Positions 46,818-57,497 of a stretch of DNA of 64,000 nucleotides are shown here, in pieces. The notes beneath the pieces are model-generated. The model was not told where the DNA came from. It ran no database searches and worked only from the letters and a program-made list of their open reading frames with translations. Both the position numbers and the translations under genes were made by a program. The stretch's first letter is position 1. Every line of letters starts with the position of its first letter. Source of the DNA: an uncultured Pseudomonadales bacterium (GTDB lineage Bacteria; Pseudomonadota; Gammaproteobacteria; Pseudomonadales; UBA7239); contig CAZDWC010000004.1 in the NCBI GenBank assembly GCA_964509075.1, forward strand, positions 30,940-94,939. Direction: 5' to 3'.

Positions 46818-47999
46818 TTATTTTTTCAGGATTACCGATGAGCCGTGACCGAACAGTCCCTGGTTGGCAGTGATGCCGACTTTGGCATTCGGCACCTGAC
46901 GCTCGCCGGCAGCGCCGCGCAATTGCCACGTCAATTCGCACACTTGTGCGAGCGCCTGTGCCGGTACGGCTTCGCCGAAACAGGCGAGGCCACCGGACGG
47001 ATTCACCGGCAAACGGCCACCCAGTTTGGTCACGCCATCGCGCACCAGTTTTGCGCCGTCACCGCGCGCGCACAGTTGCAAATCTTCATACCAATCGAGT
47101 TCAAGTGCCGTCGACAAATCGTACACTTCGGCAACCGAAACATCTTCCGGGCCGATGCCGGCTTCGTTGTACGCTTTGACTGGCAGCGCAGCACGGAATG
47201 AATGCGCTTCCATCGCCACCGCAGAGTCCGTTGCCAGATCCGGCATTTCAATAACCGCTGAGGCAAACGTTGGCGTGACGGTAGAAATCGCCGCCACTTT
47301 CACCGCATCGGCACGACCGATTTTTTTTGCATAATCCATCGAACACACGATCAACGCAGCCGCGCCATCAGATGTGGCGCAGATATCCATCAAGCGCAGC
47401 GGGTCCGCCACCATTGCAGATGCAGCCACATCGTCTGCGGTAAACTTTTTCTTGTAACGCGCATACGGGTTGGTAAAACCGTGCTCGGCATTTTTAACTT
47501 TCACCGCAGCAAAATCTGCGAGTGTATCGCCGTAAATTTCCATGCGGCGACGCGCATACAGCGCAAAATAACTCGGGTTGGTAATGCCGAGACGGAAGCG
47601 CACCCAATCCGGATCATCCGGACGTTCGCCGGGCGCTGGCTTCAGAAAACCTTTCGGCGTGGTGTCTGAGCCAATCACCAACGCGACATCGCATTGGCCG
47701 GAAAGAATTTTCGCGCGCGCAGCAGCGAGTGCTTGCGAACCGGAAGCACAGGCGGCATACGAGGTGTTGACTTCCGCGCCCTGCCAACCGAGTGCTTGTG
47801 CAAATGTCGCGCCGGCGACATAACCGGGATAGCCGCAACGCATGGTGGCGGCACCGGAAACAAATTGCACATCGCGCCAATCAATACCGGCATCTTTCAA
47901 TGCGGCGCGTGCGGCGACAACACCGTATTCGACAAAATTCTTGCCCCATTTTCCCCATGGGTGCATGCCGACGCCGAGGATGGCAATGTCATTACTCAT
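46818..47999 (-). CDS. Thiolase-fold lipid-transfer protein (SCP-x / Ltp-type, non-classical thiolase)
   Basis: MSNDIAILGVGMHPWGKW opening, nucleophile region ACASGSQAL, and C-terminal NPSGGL. ATGA overlap with the upstream DUF35 gene. Confidence 0.85.
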   Translation of the reverse strand: MSNDIAILGVGMHPWGKWGKNFVEYGVVAARAALKDAGIDWRDVQFVSGAATMRCGYPGYVAGATFAQALGWQGAEVNTSYAACASGSQALAAARAKILSGQCDVALVIGSDTTPKGFLKPAPGERPDDPDWVRFRLGITNPSYFALYARRRMEIYGDTLADFAAVKVKNAEHGFTNPYARYKKKFTADDVAASAMVADPLRLMDICATSDGAAALIVCSMDYAKKIGRADAVKVAAISTVTPTFASAVIEMPDLATDSAVAMEAHSFRAALPVKAYNEAGIGPEDVSVAEVYDLSTALELDWYEDLQLCARGDGAKLVRDGVTKLGGRLPVNPSGGLACFGEAVPAQALAQVCELTWQLRGAAGERQVPNAKVGITANQGLFGHGSSVILKK

Positions 48000-48436
48000 G
48001 CTGCAGCTCCTGTCGGTTTCCACTTCCAGGTCAAACGCGTTGACTCGGCATCTTCAAACAATTTTTCCAGCACCAGCTCCACATCCATGCCGGCTTTCAA
48101 TTGCGATACATCCACGCCTTCGACGGCCTGGCCGAGCACGATCATTTTTTCTTTCTCAAGCTCAACGGCGATGATAGCGTAAGGCACAAACGGATCCGGC
48201 GACACAAACGGCTCCGGCGGCTGGTAACAGGCATTGGTGAACGACCATATCTTGCCGGTGCGCGACAACTGCACTTCATCAAATTCCTCGCCGTTGCACG
48301 CCGGGTTTTTGCAAAACACGGTTTGCTTGGGAAAATAATACGTGCCGCAGCTTTTGCACTGCGTGCCGAGCAGATGCGGTTTTTCCGCATCCATTGTGAA
48401 CCAGCCTTCGATGGCGGGCACTACCGGTTTGGTCAT
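47996..48436 (-). CDS. DUF35 OB-fold / zinc-ribbon protein (thiolase partner)
   Basis: Zn-ribbon CKSCGTYYFPKQTVFCKNPAC followed by an OB-fold segment. Start chosen at MTKPVVPA, preceded by GAGG. Confidence 0.85.
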   Translation of the reverse strand: MTKPVVPAIEGWFTMDAEKPHLLGTQCKSCGTYYFPKQTVFCKNPACNGEEFDEVQLSRTGKIWSFTNACYQPPEPFVSPDPFVPYAIIAVELEKEKMIVLGQAVEGVDVSQLKAGMDVELVLEKLFEDAESTRLTWKWKPTGAAA

Positions 48437-48465
48437 GGTCGTTACCTCTGTAATGCACGATTGAT

Positions 48466-48527
48466 TGTGTGGTAGGGGCAGGTCTCGTGCCTGCCCCCCG
48501 GGCGACCACAAGGGTCGCCCCTACACA
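48466..48527. repeat. Intercistronic REP-type element (two hairpins inside an outer stem)
   Basis: GGGGCAGG-TCTCGTG-CCTGCCCC and GGGCGACC-ACAAG-GGTCGCCC are flanked by GTGTGGTAGGGG...CCCCTACAC. It lies between the CoA-transferase B stop and the DUF35 start. Confidence 0.6.
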
Positions 48528-49292
48528 TCAACCCAGTGCGGTTGCGCGCACGTTGTGCGGATCCAGTTGCGCGAGCAGCGCGAGCTGTTCAGCAGTCGGT
48601 TCCGCGGTGGTCGGGATGTTCGCCGGAATGTGCAGCGGGAAACCGGTGTTTTCCACCACTTGCTCCACCGTCACGCCGGGATGCAGGGAACGAATTGCCA
48701 CCTGGTGATTCGGGCCGCTGAAATCCAGAATGCACAGGTTGGTGATAATCCAGCGGATATCCACTTCGTCCACGCTCCAGCCTTTCGGCATGCGCGCCGG
48801 GTTGTAACCGATGGAGGCGACCATGTCACACTCGCCCTCCACAAACACTTTCTTGTTGTGGTTGGGTACGAAAAAAGAATTCGCGTGGTTGATGGAGTTG
48901 CCGGGAAAACCGCGCACGCCGAGCATCTGCGCTTTCGGTTTTTTGTAATCGGCGCCGATCATGGAAATGTTCGCTTGGCCGAAACGATCCACTTGCGTCG
49001 GGCCCACCATGGCGTGGCGCTTGCCGCCCCACACATTGTCGAAAATGCGCGAGAAACCCATCCACGATTCGAATTTTGGTTTGTAATCGCCGCGCGGGCC
49101 CACTGGCACCGGTTCGGAGACAATCCACGCTTCGGAATCTGTCATCATGATGTCGGGGTTGATGCTTTTCATGCACAGCGAGGCTGCAAGACGCGGCACC
49201 ACGCCGATGCCTGTCGCCAATACTTCGCCGTCATCTTTCCACGCCTGTGCAGCAGCACAGATGATCAGGTCTACCAATGTATATTCGCTCAT
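48528..49292 (-). CDS. CoA-transferase subunit B (glutaconate-CoA-transferase-like class)
   Basis: 254 aa from the ATG at 49292, which is preceded by GGGAGA. MSEYTLVDLIICAAAQAW opening. Paired with subunit A upstream. Confidence 0.82.
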   Translation of the reverse strand: MSEYTLVDLIICAAAQAWKDDGEVLATGIGVVPRLAASLCMKSINPDIMMTDSEAWIVSEPVPVGPRGDYKPKFESWMGFSRIFDNVWGGKRHAMVGPTQVDRFGQANISMIGADYKKPKAQMLGVRGFPGNSINHANSFFVPNHNKKVFVEGECDMVASIGYNPARMPKGWSVDEVDIRWIITNLCILDFSGPNHQVAIRSLHPGVTVEQVVENTGFPLHIPANIPTTAEPTAEQLALLAQLDPHNVRATALG

Positions 49293-49306
49293 TGTTTTTC
49301 TCCCGA

Positions 49307-50185
49307 TCAAAATACTGGCAAGGGCAGTTTCTTGATTGCATCAAGACCGCCAACTTTTTCGAGATATTCTGCTTCTGTGAAAGCGATGTACTTATCAAAG
49401 TACGCCTGCCAGCCACCTTCTTCTTTCACGGAAGCGTTGTATTCCTTGAAGTGCTTGCTGTCGAAACCGTACAACGGTGCACAAGAGCTTGGATGCGCGC
49501 CGCCGGCAATGTGTACCACGCCGGTGGTTTCGCTGCGCTCCCAGAACACAAAGCGCGCTTCTTCCTGTGAATGGAAGGTGCTGGTGTCGACCAGTTCATC
49601 GCAAGTGACAAAGGTTTTGTCAGCTGCGCGCACGAACAGATCGTCCATGTAATGATCCGGGCCTTTGATCTGGCACACACCGCGGCTGTCGGCGCGATCC
49701 ACATGCACCAGCGCGGCATCGAGTTTGATCGCCGGCATCGCCACCCACTCGCGGCCATCGGCATACGGTGACTGGATCAATTTGATGTCCGGATTGTATT
49801 TCAACACGTCGGTGCCGATGCCCAAACGCGTCGGAATAAACGGCACACGCATGCCGGCCGCTTTCAGGCCGAGCAGGAACATGCCCTCGTCGATTTCCAT
49901 GGTCTCGATCGCACCTTGCTGGCGCGCCTGACGGAAGTAGGGTTCCAATGGAATGAAGTCCAGTGACACGAAGGCAAAGACGACTTTCTTCACCTTGCCG
50001 GCCGCGCACAGCATGCCGACATCAGCACCGCCGTAGGCCACCACGGTGAGGTCTTTGAGGTTGGAGCGCAGGATCTCGCGGATCAGCGCCATCGGTTTGC
50101 GGCGAGGACCCCAGCCGCCAATGCCGATGGTCATGCCATCGCGCAGCTGGCTGACAACATCAGCCGCCGTCATGACTTTGTTCAT
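49307..50185 (-). CDS. CoA-transferase subunit A (glutaconate-CoA-transferase-like class)
   Basis: 292 aa. DGMTIGIGGWGPRRKPMALIREILRS opening. Confidence 0.82.
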   Translation of the reverse strand: MNKVMTAADVVSQLRDGMTIGIGGWGPRRKPMALIREILRSNLKDLTVVAYGGADVGMLCAAGKVKKVVFAFVSLDFIPLEPYFRQARQQGAIETMEIDEGMFLLGLKAAGMRVPFIPTRLGIGTDVLKYNPDIKLIQSPYADGREWVAMPAIKLDAALVHVDRADSRGVCQIKGPDHYMDDLFVRAADKTFVTCDELVDTSTFHSQEEARFVFWERSETTGVVHIAGGAHPSSCAPLYGFDSKHFKEYNASVKEEGGWQAYFDKYIAFTEAEYLEKVGGLDAIKKLPLPVF

Positions 50186-50355
50186 CGTGTGTACCTTCGA
50201 TCAGGAAAATGGAAGAAACGGCAGAAAACCCGCCGGAAAAGCGCGGTGATGGTAGTGTCGGGGGGGCACAATGTCAACGCGGCCAACGCTGCGGATAATC
50301 TCAAAATCCTTTTAAAACAGTCGGTTAAGCTGACCTTCTGCCTATGATTGCCGTG

Positions 50356-50871
50356 TCAGTGCAGCAGGGCTTGCAGATCTCTCCAGGCCTGTACTTTCTG
50401 TTGCAGGCTCACCCGCGCATTAGCCGGGCTGGTAGACGGCAAACACAGGCGGGTGGCGGGCAGCAATTCTGCCGGTATCTGCGGCAGCGCATGGCGCTGG
50501 AACAGCTGTTGTACCGAGCGGCCGTTGAAAGCGATGGTGTGGATAGTGGGATACGCGCGCAGTAGCGCGGCGAAGTCATTGGCCTGTACCGAGCTGGCGT
50601 CGATGGCACTGTCCAGGCTGCCGGGGCGTATGCAGCTGCCGGCGACATCCCACAGGGCGATGCCGTGGTCGCGCAATTGCGCGATGCGTTGCGGATAAGG
50701 TGCTTGCGCGTCAATGCCGAACAGCGTCTGCATGATGGCCCAGAACGCGTTGCGCGGATGCGCGTAGTACTGCTGTGCATCGAGCGAGGCGATGCCGGGC
50801 ATGGAGCCCAGCACCAGCAAGCGCGCCTTGGGCGAAACCACAGGCGGAAAGGAATGCACGCGTGCAGTCAT
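50356..50871 (-). CDS. DNA-deoxyinosine (hypoxanthine) glycosylase, UDG family 6-like
   Basis: 171 aa. LVLGSMPGIASLDAQQYYAHPRNAFW. 4-nt overlap with hrpB. Confidence 0.78.
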   Translation of the reverse strand: MTARVHSFPPVVSPKARLLVLGSMPGIASLDAQQYYAHPRNAFWAIMQTLFGIDAQAPYPQRIAQLRDHGIALWDVAGSCIRPGSLDSAIDASSVQANDFAALLRAYPTIHTIAFNGRSVQQLFQRHALPQIPAELLPATRLCLPSTSPANARVSLQQKVQAWRDLQALLH

Positions 50872-53390
50872 GATTCGCGTTTGCGCGCGCGATCATCCGC
50901 CGCCTTGGTGCGACGGGTGGGTTCTGCTTCCAATGGATTTTCCGGCCAGTAATGTTTCGGATACTGGCCGCGCATGTCCTTGCGCACGTCCCTGTAGGCG
51001 TTCTGCCAGAAACTGGCGAGATCTTGTGTGACAGCCAGCGGCTGTCGCGCCGGTGATAATAAATGTACCAGCACGGGAACGCTGTTGTTGCCGATACGAG
51101 GTGTTGCCTGCACTCCGAACATTTCCTGCAAGCGCACGGCGAGTACCGGTTGTTCGCCGCTGTAATCCAGGATGATCTGCGTGCCGGTGGGTGCGGTGAT
51201 AAAAATCGGTGCCAATTGATCCAGCTGTTTTTGTTGCGCGTAATCCAGTCGCGACTGCAGTGCCTGCAGCCATTCCACTTGTGCCAGTTGGCTGCAACGA
51301 CTCACTTGCGTGAGAAACGGCGCCAGCCATTGTTGCAATGTTTGCAGTAGTGCCGATTCACCAAAGTCGGGAAAATTTTTCACCAGACCACTGCTGCACA
51401 ACCAGCGCACGCGCGCCAGCCACTGCTGCACCGCCTCAGGCAATGGCAAGGCTTGCCAACCGAGTTGGCGCAAACCGTTACACAACGCGGCAACGGCTTT
51501 GTCACCGCGGGCCGGCAAGGGCTTTTCAGCAAATATTATCGAGCCGAAGCGTTTGACTTGCCGCGCAATCACCGCTTCTTCTTGTGCAGACCACAGCGTT
51601 TCTTCTCCATCAAAAAACAGTTCCGGTAAAAATGTCTGCAAGTCGCGTGCGTCAATGGTCGCTGCAAGAAAAATTCGCGCTTCGCGACCTTCGCCATCGA
51701 GATCGGCAATCGCAATCCATTCGCTGTTGGCCAACGCGCCACCATGCGGCAGTGTCGCACCTGTGCCATTGGCTAACTGCCAACGTTCGCCGCGAGCATC
51801 GCGACGCTTGGCTACGCGCTCCGGATAACACAGTGCCAGCATCAAGCCCAGTTCGTCATCGTGCTGTGCACTGTCATCACGGATTTTCAGTGTTTGTCGC
51901 AAGCGCGATGCTTGTTGTTTGACGCGTTCGCGCGCGCCAGCATCAGCAGCGCCACCGTGTTTCAACGCGAGCCAACGCGCATGAAAATCGGCATCGCGAT
52001 CATTGCCGCGCAGCAAATCACGTTCTTCCAGCAGTGCAGCTACATCGCAGGCCAGTGCGCCGCAGTCGTGCTCACGTGCGCGCAACAGCATGTGTGCATA
52101 ACGCGGATGCACCGGCAATTCCGCCATGGCACGGCCGTGTGGAGTAATACGCAGTTCGCTATCCAGCGCACCTGATTTCTGCAAGGCCTCGCGCGCCTGT
52201 TGCAAATGCGCAGCGGGCGGTGGGTCGAGAAAGGCGAGATCACTTTCTTGCGCACCCCACACGGCAAGTTCCAGTGCCAACGGCATCAAGTCACTTTGCA
52301 GGATTTCCGGCACCGGGAACCGCGCCAGCGTTTGTTGCTGTGATTCACTCCATAAGCGGTAACACGCGCCAGCTTGTTGTCGACCGGCGCGACCGGCGCG
52401 CTGTGTCGCTGTCGCCTGCGATACATTGACGGTGACCAGACCCGACATGCCGCGACGTGGATCAAAGCGCACCGTGCGCACCAGCCCGGCATCAATCACC
52501 ACGCGCACGCCATCAATGGTCAGCGAGGTTTCGGCAATGCTGGTGGATAAAATAATCTTGCGCGCGCCGCTGCTGTCCGGTTGCAACGCAGCCTGTTGCT
52601 GTGCCGCAGAACCTTCGCCATACAGCAAATGAATTTTCGCGTCGCGCAATTCATCGCGATCCGCCAACATATTTTGTAGCCGCCGGATTTCACGTTGCCC
52701 CGGCAGAAACACCAGAAGATCGCCGCTTTGTTCTCGCCACGCACGCAACACCACCTGCGTGAGTTGATTTTCCAGTTGCGCGTTTTCCGTGCGTGAGTTG
52801 TCGCGCCCGCAGTAGAAAACCTCAACAGGAAAACTGCGGCCTTCGCTGTCTATCACCGGCGCGTTTTCGAGCAGGTTTGATACCGCCACACCGTCCAGCG
52901 TTGCCGACATCACCAACAGCTTCAAACTGTCGTTCTCAGGATCGGTGCGCCAGTTTTTTTGCACATCGCGCGCCAGCGCCAGGCCGAGATCAGCATGCAG
53001 CGATCGTTCGTGAAATTCGTCAAAAATAATCAGGCCAACGCCGGACAACTCCGGATCGCTCTGGATCATGCGCGACAGAATACCCTCGGTCACCACTTCG
53101 ATTTTTGTGCACGCACTGGTTTTGCTTTCCCCGCGTATGCGATAACCGACGCGCTCGCCAACTTTTTCACCCAGCTGCTGCGCCATGTATTGCGCCGCGC
53201 GCATCGCGGCCAGCCGTCGCGGCTCCAGCATCAGGATGCGGCCGTGGATGAATCCGGCATCGAGCAGGGCCAGCGGTACACGCGTGGTTTTACCAGCGCC
53301 GGGCGCAGCCGAGAGTACACAGCAATCGTGTTGGCGCAGGGCATCCAGCAACGCGGGCAGGGCGGCATCAATGGGCAGCGCGGCAGTCAT
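50868..53390 (-). CDS. hrpB: ATP-dependent RNA helicase HrpB
   Basis: DEAH-box motifs [12 protein letters not shown] and FDEFHERS, plus the HrpB C-terminal domain. Start chosen at MTAALPIDA. Confidence 0.92.
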   Translation of the reverse strand: MTAALPIDAALPALLDALRQHDCCVLSAAPGAGKTTRVPLALLDAGFIHGRILMLEPRRLAAMRAAQYMAQQLGEKVGERVGYRIRGESKTSACTKIEVVTEGILSRMIQSDPELSGVGLIIFDEFHERSLHADLGLALARDVQKNWRTDPENDSLKLLVMSATLDGVAVSNLLENAPVIDSEGRSFPVEVFYCGRDNSRTENAQLENQLTQVVLRAWREQSGDLLVFLPGQREIRRLQNMLADRDELRDAKIHLLYGEGSAAQQQAALQPDSSGARKIILSTSIAETSLTIDGVRVVIDAGLVRTVRFDPRRGMSGLVTVNVSQATATQRAGRAGRQQAGACYRLWSESQQQTLARFPVPEILQSDLMPLALELAVWGAQESDLAFLDPPPAAHLQQAREALQKSGALDSELRITPHGRAMAELPVHPRYAHMLLRAREHDCGALACDVAALLEERDLLRGNDRDADFHARWLALKHGGAADAGARERVKQQASRLRQTLKIRDDSAQHDDELGLMLALCYPERVAKRRDARGERWQLANGTGATLPHGGALANSEWIAIADLDGEGREARIFLAATIDARDLQTFLPELFFDGEETLWSAQEEAVIARQVKRFGSIIFAEKPLPARGDKAVAALCNGLRQLGWQALPLPEAVQQWLARVRWLCSSGLVKNFPDFGESALLQTLQQWLAPFLTQVSRCSQLAQVEWLQALQSRLDYAQQKQLDQLAPIFITAPTGTQIILDYSGEQPVLAVRLQEMFGVQATPRIGNNSVPVLVHLLSPARQPLAVTQDLASFWQNAYRDVRKDMRGQYPKHYWPENPLEAEPTRRTKAADDRARKRES

Positions 53391-53538
53391 CGAAACAGAG
53401 GGCGTCACAGCGGTCTTCACAGGTGAACGAGTTGCGCATGATAAAGCGGCCACGACAAAAGCTGGTATGGGCACGGCGAAACGGGCGATAATGTCCGGCT
53501 ATCCATCCGTCCCCGCTTTTACCGATGCACTTTCATTT

Positions 53539-55227
53539 ATGAAACAACAGCTTGCCGACCTGATCTCCTCCGCACTGGCCCAGTTGCAGGCCGAAGGCCT
53601 GCTGCCTGCGGGCGAGGCACTGCCCGCCGTGCAGATCGACAACACCAAAGACAAGGCACACGGCGATCTCGCTTGCAATATCGCCATGGTATTGGCCAAA
53701 AAAGCCGGCAAACCGCCGCGCGACCTGGCCGCTGCCATCCTCGCTGCCATTCCGGCCAATAACCTGATTGCCAAGGCGGATATCGCCGGCCCCGGTTTCA
53801 TCAACTTCTTTATAGCCAGCAGTGCACAGACTGCCGTGGTGGGCCAGATCCTGCAGCAGGGCGAAAGCTTCGGGCGCAGCCAGCACGGCCAGAACCAGAA
53901 AGTACAGGTGGAATTCGTGTCGGCCAACCCCACCGGGCCGTTGCATGTCGGCCACGGCCGCGGCGCCGCCATCGGCGATTGCCTGTGCCGCCTGCTCGCC
54001 GCCACCGGCTGGCAAGTGACGCGCGAGTTCTACTACAACGATGCCGGTGCGCAGATCGGCAACCTCGCGCGCTCGGTGCAGGCGCGCGCGCTGGGCCTCG
54101 GCCCCGACGATCATGGCTGGCCGGAAGACGGTTATCGCGGCGATTACATCAATGATGTCGCGCAATCCTATCTCGCCGGCGACAAGATCGACGCTGACGA
54201 CCAGCACGTCATCGGCGCGAAAGATCCGCACGATGTCGAAGCCATCCGCCATTTCGCCGTTGCCTATTTGCGCCGCGAACAGGATCTGGACCTGAAAGCT
54301 TTCGATGTGCATTTCGATATCTTTTATCTCGAATCGTCGCTGTACACCGAAGGCAAGGTGGAAACGGCAGTCGAGCAACTGATCGCCAACGGCCACACCT
54401 ATGAAAAAGACGGCGCGCTGTGGCTGAAGACCACCGACTTCGGTGATGACAAAGATCGCGTCATGCGCAAGACCGAAGGCGGCTACACCTATTTCGTGCC
54501 GGACGTCGCCTATCACCTGAACAAATGGCAGCGCGGCTTTACGCGCGTGATCAACGAACAGGGCGCCGATCACCACTCCACCATCACCCGTGTGCGCGCC
54601 GGCTTGCAGGCACTGAAAGCAGGCATTCCCGAAGCTTGGCCCGATTACGTGCTGCACCAGATGGTGACAGTGATGAAAGGTGGCGAGGAAGTGAAAATTT
54701 CCAAGCGCGCCGGCTCTTACGTCACGCTGCGCGATTTGATCGACTGGTGCGGCCGTGATGCCACACGTTATTTTCTCGTCTCGCGCGCCGCAACCTCGCA
54801 GCTGGTGTTCGATGTCGATCTCGCTGTAGCGAAGAACAACGACAATCCTGTGTACTACATACAATACGCGCATGCGCGGGTGTGCAGCGTGTTGCGTCAG
54901 GCACAGGAAAAAAATCTGCCTTACGATCAAGCTGCCGGTCTCGCACAACTCGATAAATTGGGTAGTGAACACGAAACGGCACAGCTCAATTTGCTCGCGC
55001 GCTACCCGGAAACCGTTGCAGCCGCTGCGCGCGATCTGGCGCCGCATCTGATTGCACAATACCTGCGTGAACTTGCAGCCGGCCTGCATACTTGGTACAA
55101 CGCCTCACAGTTTCTGGTGGAGGATGCCGATGTGCGCAATGCGCGCCTGACTCTCGCTGTGGCGACGCGACAAGTCTTGCGCAACGGCCTCGATCTGCTC
55201 GGCGTTAATGCACCGGAAACCATGTGA
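53539..55227 (+). CDS. argS: Arginine--tRNA ligase
   Basis: 562 aa. [17 protein letters not shown] (HIGH region) and a DALR anticodon-binding C-terminus. The track ORF start at 53185 is antisense to hrpB. Confidence 0.96.
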   Translation: MKQQLADLISSALAQLQAEGLLPAGEALPAVQIDNTKDKAHGDLACNIAMVLAKKAGKPPRDLAAAILAAIPANNLIAKADIAGPGFINFFIASSAQTAVVGQILQQGESFGRSQHGQNQKVQVEFVSANPTGPLHVGHGRGAAIGDCLCRLLAATGWQVTREFYYNDAGAQIGNLARSVQARALGLGPDDHGWPEDGYRGDYINDVAQSYLAGDKIDADDQHVIGAKDPHDVEAIRHFAVAYLRREQDLDLKAFDVHFDIFYLESSLYTEGKVETAVEQLIANGHTYEKDGALWLKTTDFGDDKDRVMRKTEGGYTYFVPDVAYHLNKWQRGFTRVINEQGADHHSTITRVRAGLQALKAGIPEAWPDYVLHQMVTVMKGGEEVKISKRAGSYVTLRDLIDWCGRDATRYFLVSRAATSQLVFDVDLAVAKNNDNPVYYIQYAHARVCSVLRQAQEKNLPYDQAAGLAQLDKLGSEHETAQLNLLARYPETVAAAARDLAPHLIAQYLRELAAGLHTWYNASQFLVEDADVRNARLTLAVATRQVLRNGLDLLGVNAPETM

Positions 55228-55276
55228 GCAATCACTGATGAGCAGGCACCGTCAATCCAGGGACCGCGAACCGACC

Positions 55277-56152
55277 ATGAGTCACGATTTCGCCCGCAGC
55301 CACCGCATGAAACGCGAAGCCACGCGCAAGAAGGCACCGGCGCGTAAAAGCGGCGGCGTACCCTCGTGGTTGTGGTTGCTGATCGGCACGCTGGCCGGCG
55401 GCCTCATCATGTTTCTGGTGTATCTATCGGGCGTGGCGCCGCAACTGCCTGACTTGCGCACACAACAACCATCAGCGGCAGCAGGAAAACCGGCAGCCGA
55501 CAAGCCGGGCGAAACAGCCAAAGCCGAACCAGCGGCGCCGCCGAAACGCACCAGTCCGGTATTCGAGTTCTATACCAAATTGCCGGAAGGCGGACAGAAA
55601 ATCACCGACATACCGCCGGGCGCGCAACCATCGCCAGTGCCCGCAACCGATGCAGCTACCCAAACACAACCTGCACCACCGGCAACAACACCAGACGCAC
55701 AAGTACCTGCTGCCACGGAACAGCCGGCTGCGAGCAAACCTGCGCCGGTAGCCACAACGCCCCAGACCGAAGTACTGGATCCTATCCAGCAATTGCTGGC
55801 CGAGCAGGAAAAGGAAAAACAACTGGCGGCGAAAACAGAAAAGAAAACCGAAACCAAACCGGCAACCGTCAATACCACGGGCATAAATACCACAGGCATA
55901 AATACCACGGGCATAAACACCAGCGGCAAGCTGTACCTGCAGGCCGGTGTATTCCGCAATGCCGCCGAAGCTGAAAAACTGCGCGCCAGAATTGCTGGCC
56001 TCGGCCTGAAGCCTTCCATGCAACCTATCACCAACAGCAGCGGCGAAACACTGCAGAAAGTGCTGGTAGGCCCGTTCGCCAGCAAAATCGACATGGACAA
56101 AGCCAGCATGTCGCTCACCGGCAACAAGATCAATGTTATTCCCGTGAAATAA
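55277..56152 (+). CDS. SPOR-domain cell-division protein (FtsN/DedD-like)
   Basis: Basic cytoplasmic tail, a single TM, a Pro/Ala/Thr/Gln-rich linker, and a C-terminal SPOR domain (LYLQAGVFRNAAEAEKLRARIAGLGL...VLVGPF). Confidence 0.85.
   Translation: MSHDFARSHRMKREATRKKAPARKSGGVPSWLWLLIGTLAGGLIMFLVYLSGVAPQLPDLRTQQPSAAAGKPAADKPGETAKAEPAAPPKRTSPVFEFYTKLPEGGQKITDIPPGAQPSPVPATDAATQTQPAPPATTPDAQVPAATEQPAASKPAPVATTPQTEVLDPIQQLLAEQEKEKQLAAKTEKKTETKPATVNTTGINTTGINTTGINTSGKLYLQAGVFRNAAEAEKLRARIAGLGLKPSMQPITNSSGETLQKVLVGPFASKIDMDKASMSLTGNKINVIPVK
55871..55930 (+). repeat. 15-bp in-frame tandem repeat (about 3 good units plus 1 degenerate) inside the SPOR-protein linker
   Basis: AATACCACGGGCATA / AATACCACAGGCATA / AATACCACGGGCATA / AACACCAGCGGCAAG, encoding (N)TTGI repeats. 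Confidence 0.85.
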
Positions 56153-56184
56153 AGCCTGCAGGTTACTGCCGGCAGGAGCACGCC

Positions 56185-57369
56185 GTGAACAGCAATTCTT
56201 TTACTGCTTTCATCAAAAACATGCTGTTCGCATTCATTCTGTTTGCCATTGTCGCAGCGTCGCTCGAATTGGCAGCGACGCTGATACTCAAACGCTATCC
56301 GGATATTCAATCCACACGCGCATATCTATCAGGCGAACAACAATCGCAGCTGGACATGAACAGCGTTTCACAAGCGTATCTACTCTACGTCCCTGCGCCG
56401 AATTACGTCACACCGTGGGATGGTGTCAAACAGAATAATGCCGATGGCTATCGGGGTGATGCCGTCCCTCTGCAACGCACAGCAAACAGTTTACGTGTGT
56501 TGTTTCTGGGCGGCTCCACCACCTACGGCGAAGGCGTAAGTCATCCCGAGGAAGCTTTTCCTGCCCAAGTTGGCAAGCTTCTGCGCGAAGACCCTCGCTT
56601 TGCTGGCCAGCAAGTCGAAATCATCAATGCCGGTTTGCGCTTTGGCACTACCGCAGAAATTCTTACCCACTACCTGCTGAAGTTTCGTTACTACAAGCCA
56701 GACATGGTGGTAATCAATCCGGGTGGCAATGATCCTGTGTCCTATATCGTCCATGAATATGAGCCGGATTACAGCAACTGGCGCAAAACTGCTCCCGGGT
56801 TGCAGCCCCTCAAAAACCATGCGCGCTGGCTGCTGAAATCTCGCGCTGCCAGTATTGCTGTGGTGCTGCTGTTTTTTCCCGACTACGCAACAGGCCAAGC
56901 CTTCAGCCACATGGGCGAGGCTACGCCCGCGCAGTGGTTTCAGCCGCGCGAAAAAGATCATCTGCACATTGACGAGCTGGCGTTTCACAACAATCTTGTC
57001 AGTGTCATCCGCGAAATCAAAAACGACGGTGCCGATGTGTTTCTGATCTCGTATCAAGGCAATCCCTTTGATAAGGATGATCAGAAAACATTTCGCCGTC
57101 TTTACGACCACGAAGAAAACGTACTGCGCATCATTGGCGAGGAGTTGTCAGTGCCTTATGCACCCTTCCCGCTCGACAAGTTGCCCGAAAATCTCTGGGT
57201 GGATGCCTCGCACATCAATGCCGAAGGTGAGCGCATCAAGGCGCGCTATGTTTTTGGCCATATTGCCGACACGTTGGCCGCCCGTCAGCCACCCAAACCG
57301 GTAGCCACCCCCGCAGACGCTGTACTCGAACTGCCGCCCTGGAATGAGCGCCTGCATCCGGCGAAATGA
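56185..57369 (+). CDS. Membrane-anchored SGNH/GDSL-like hydrolase
   Basis: N-terminal TM, block I-like LRVLFLGGSTTYGEG, and a C-terminal D..H-like segment (WVDASHIN). Confidence 0.6.
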   Translation: MNSNSFTAFIKNMLFAFILFAIVAASLELAATLILKRYPDIQSTRAYLSGEQQSQLDMNSVSQAYLLYVPAPNYVTPWDGVKQNNADGYRGDAVPLQRTANSLRVLFLGGSTTYGEGVSHPEEAFPAQVGKLLREDPRFAGQQVEIINAGLRFGTTAEILTHYLLKFRYYKPDMVVINPGGNDPVSYIVHEYEPDYSNWRKTAPGLQPLKNHARWLLKSRAASIAVVLLFFPDYATGQAFSHMGEATPAQWFQPREKDHLHIDELAFHNNLVSVIREIKNDGADVFLISYQGNPFDKDDQKTFRRLYDHEENVLRIIGEELSVPYAPFPLDKLPENLWVDASHINAEGERIKARYVFGHIADTLAARQPPKPVATPADAVLELPPWNERLHPAK

Positions 57370-57497
57370 GCTCATCTGTTTTGTCAGTCAATCTGGCGCT
57401 TTTGGTTATTGCCTCTTCCATTCCGGCCGCTATCCTTTGACGCTGCAGATTTCCGTTACTTCCATCAACTGTTCCAACTCACCAGAAGGTAAGCACT

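Noticed and set aside
49293-49310. TTG start at 49310 for CoA-transferase subunit B (TTGA overlap with subunit A)
   Set aside because: The ATG at 49292 is preceded by a good GGGAGA Shine-Dalgarno sequence at proper spacing. The TTG start remains a minor alternative.
55871-55930. Possible CRISPR-like or minisatellite array
   Set aside because: The units are contiguous 15-bp in-frame repeats with no spacers, inside a coding linker.
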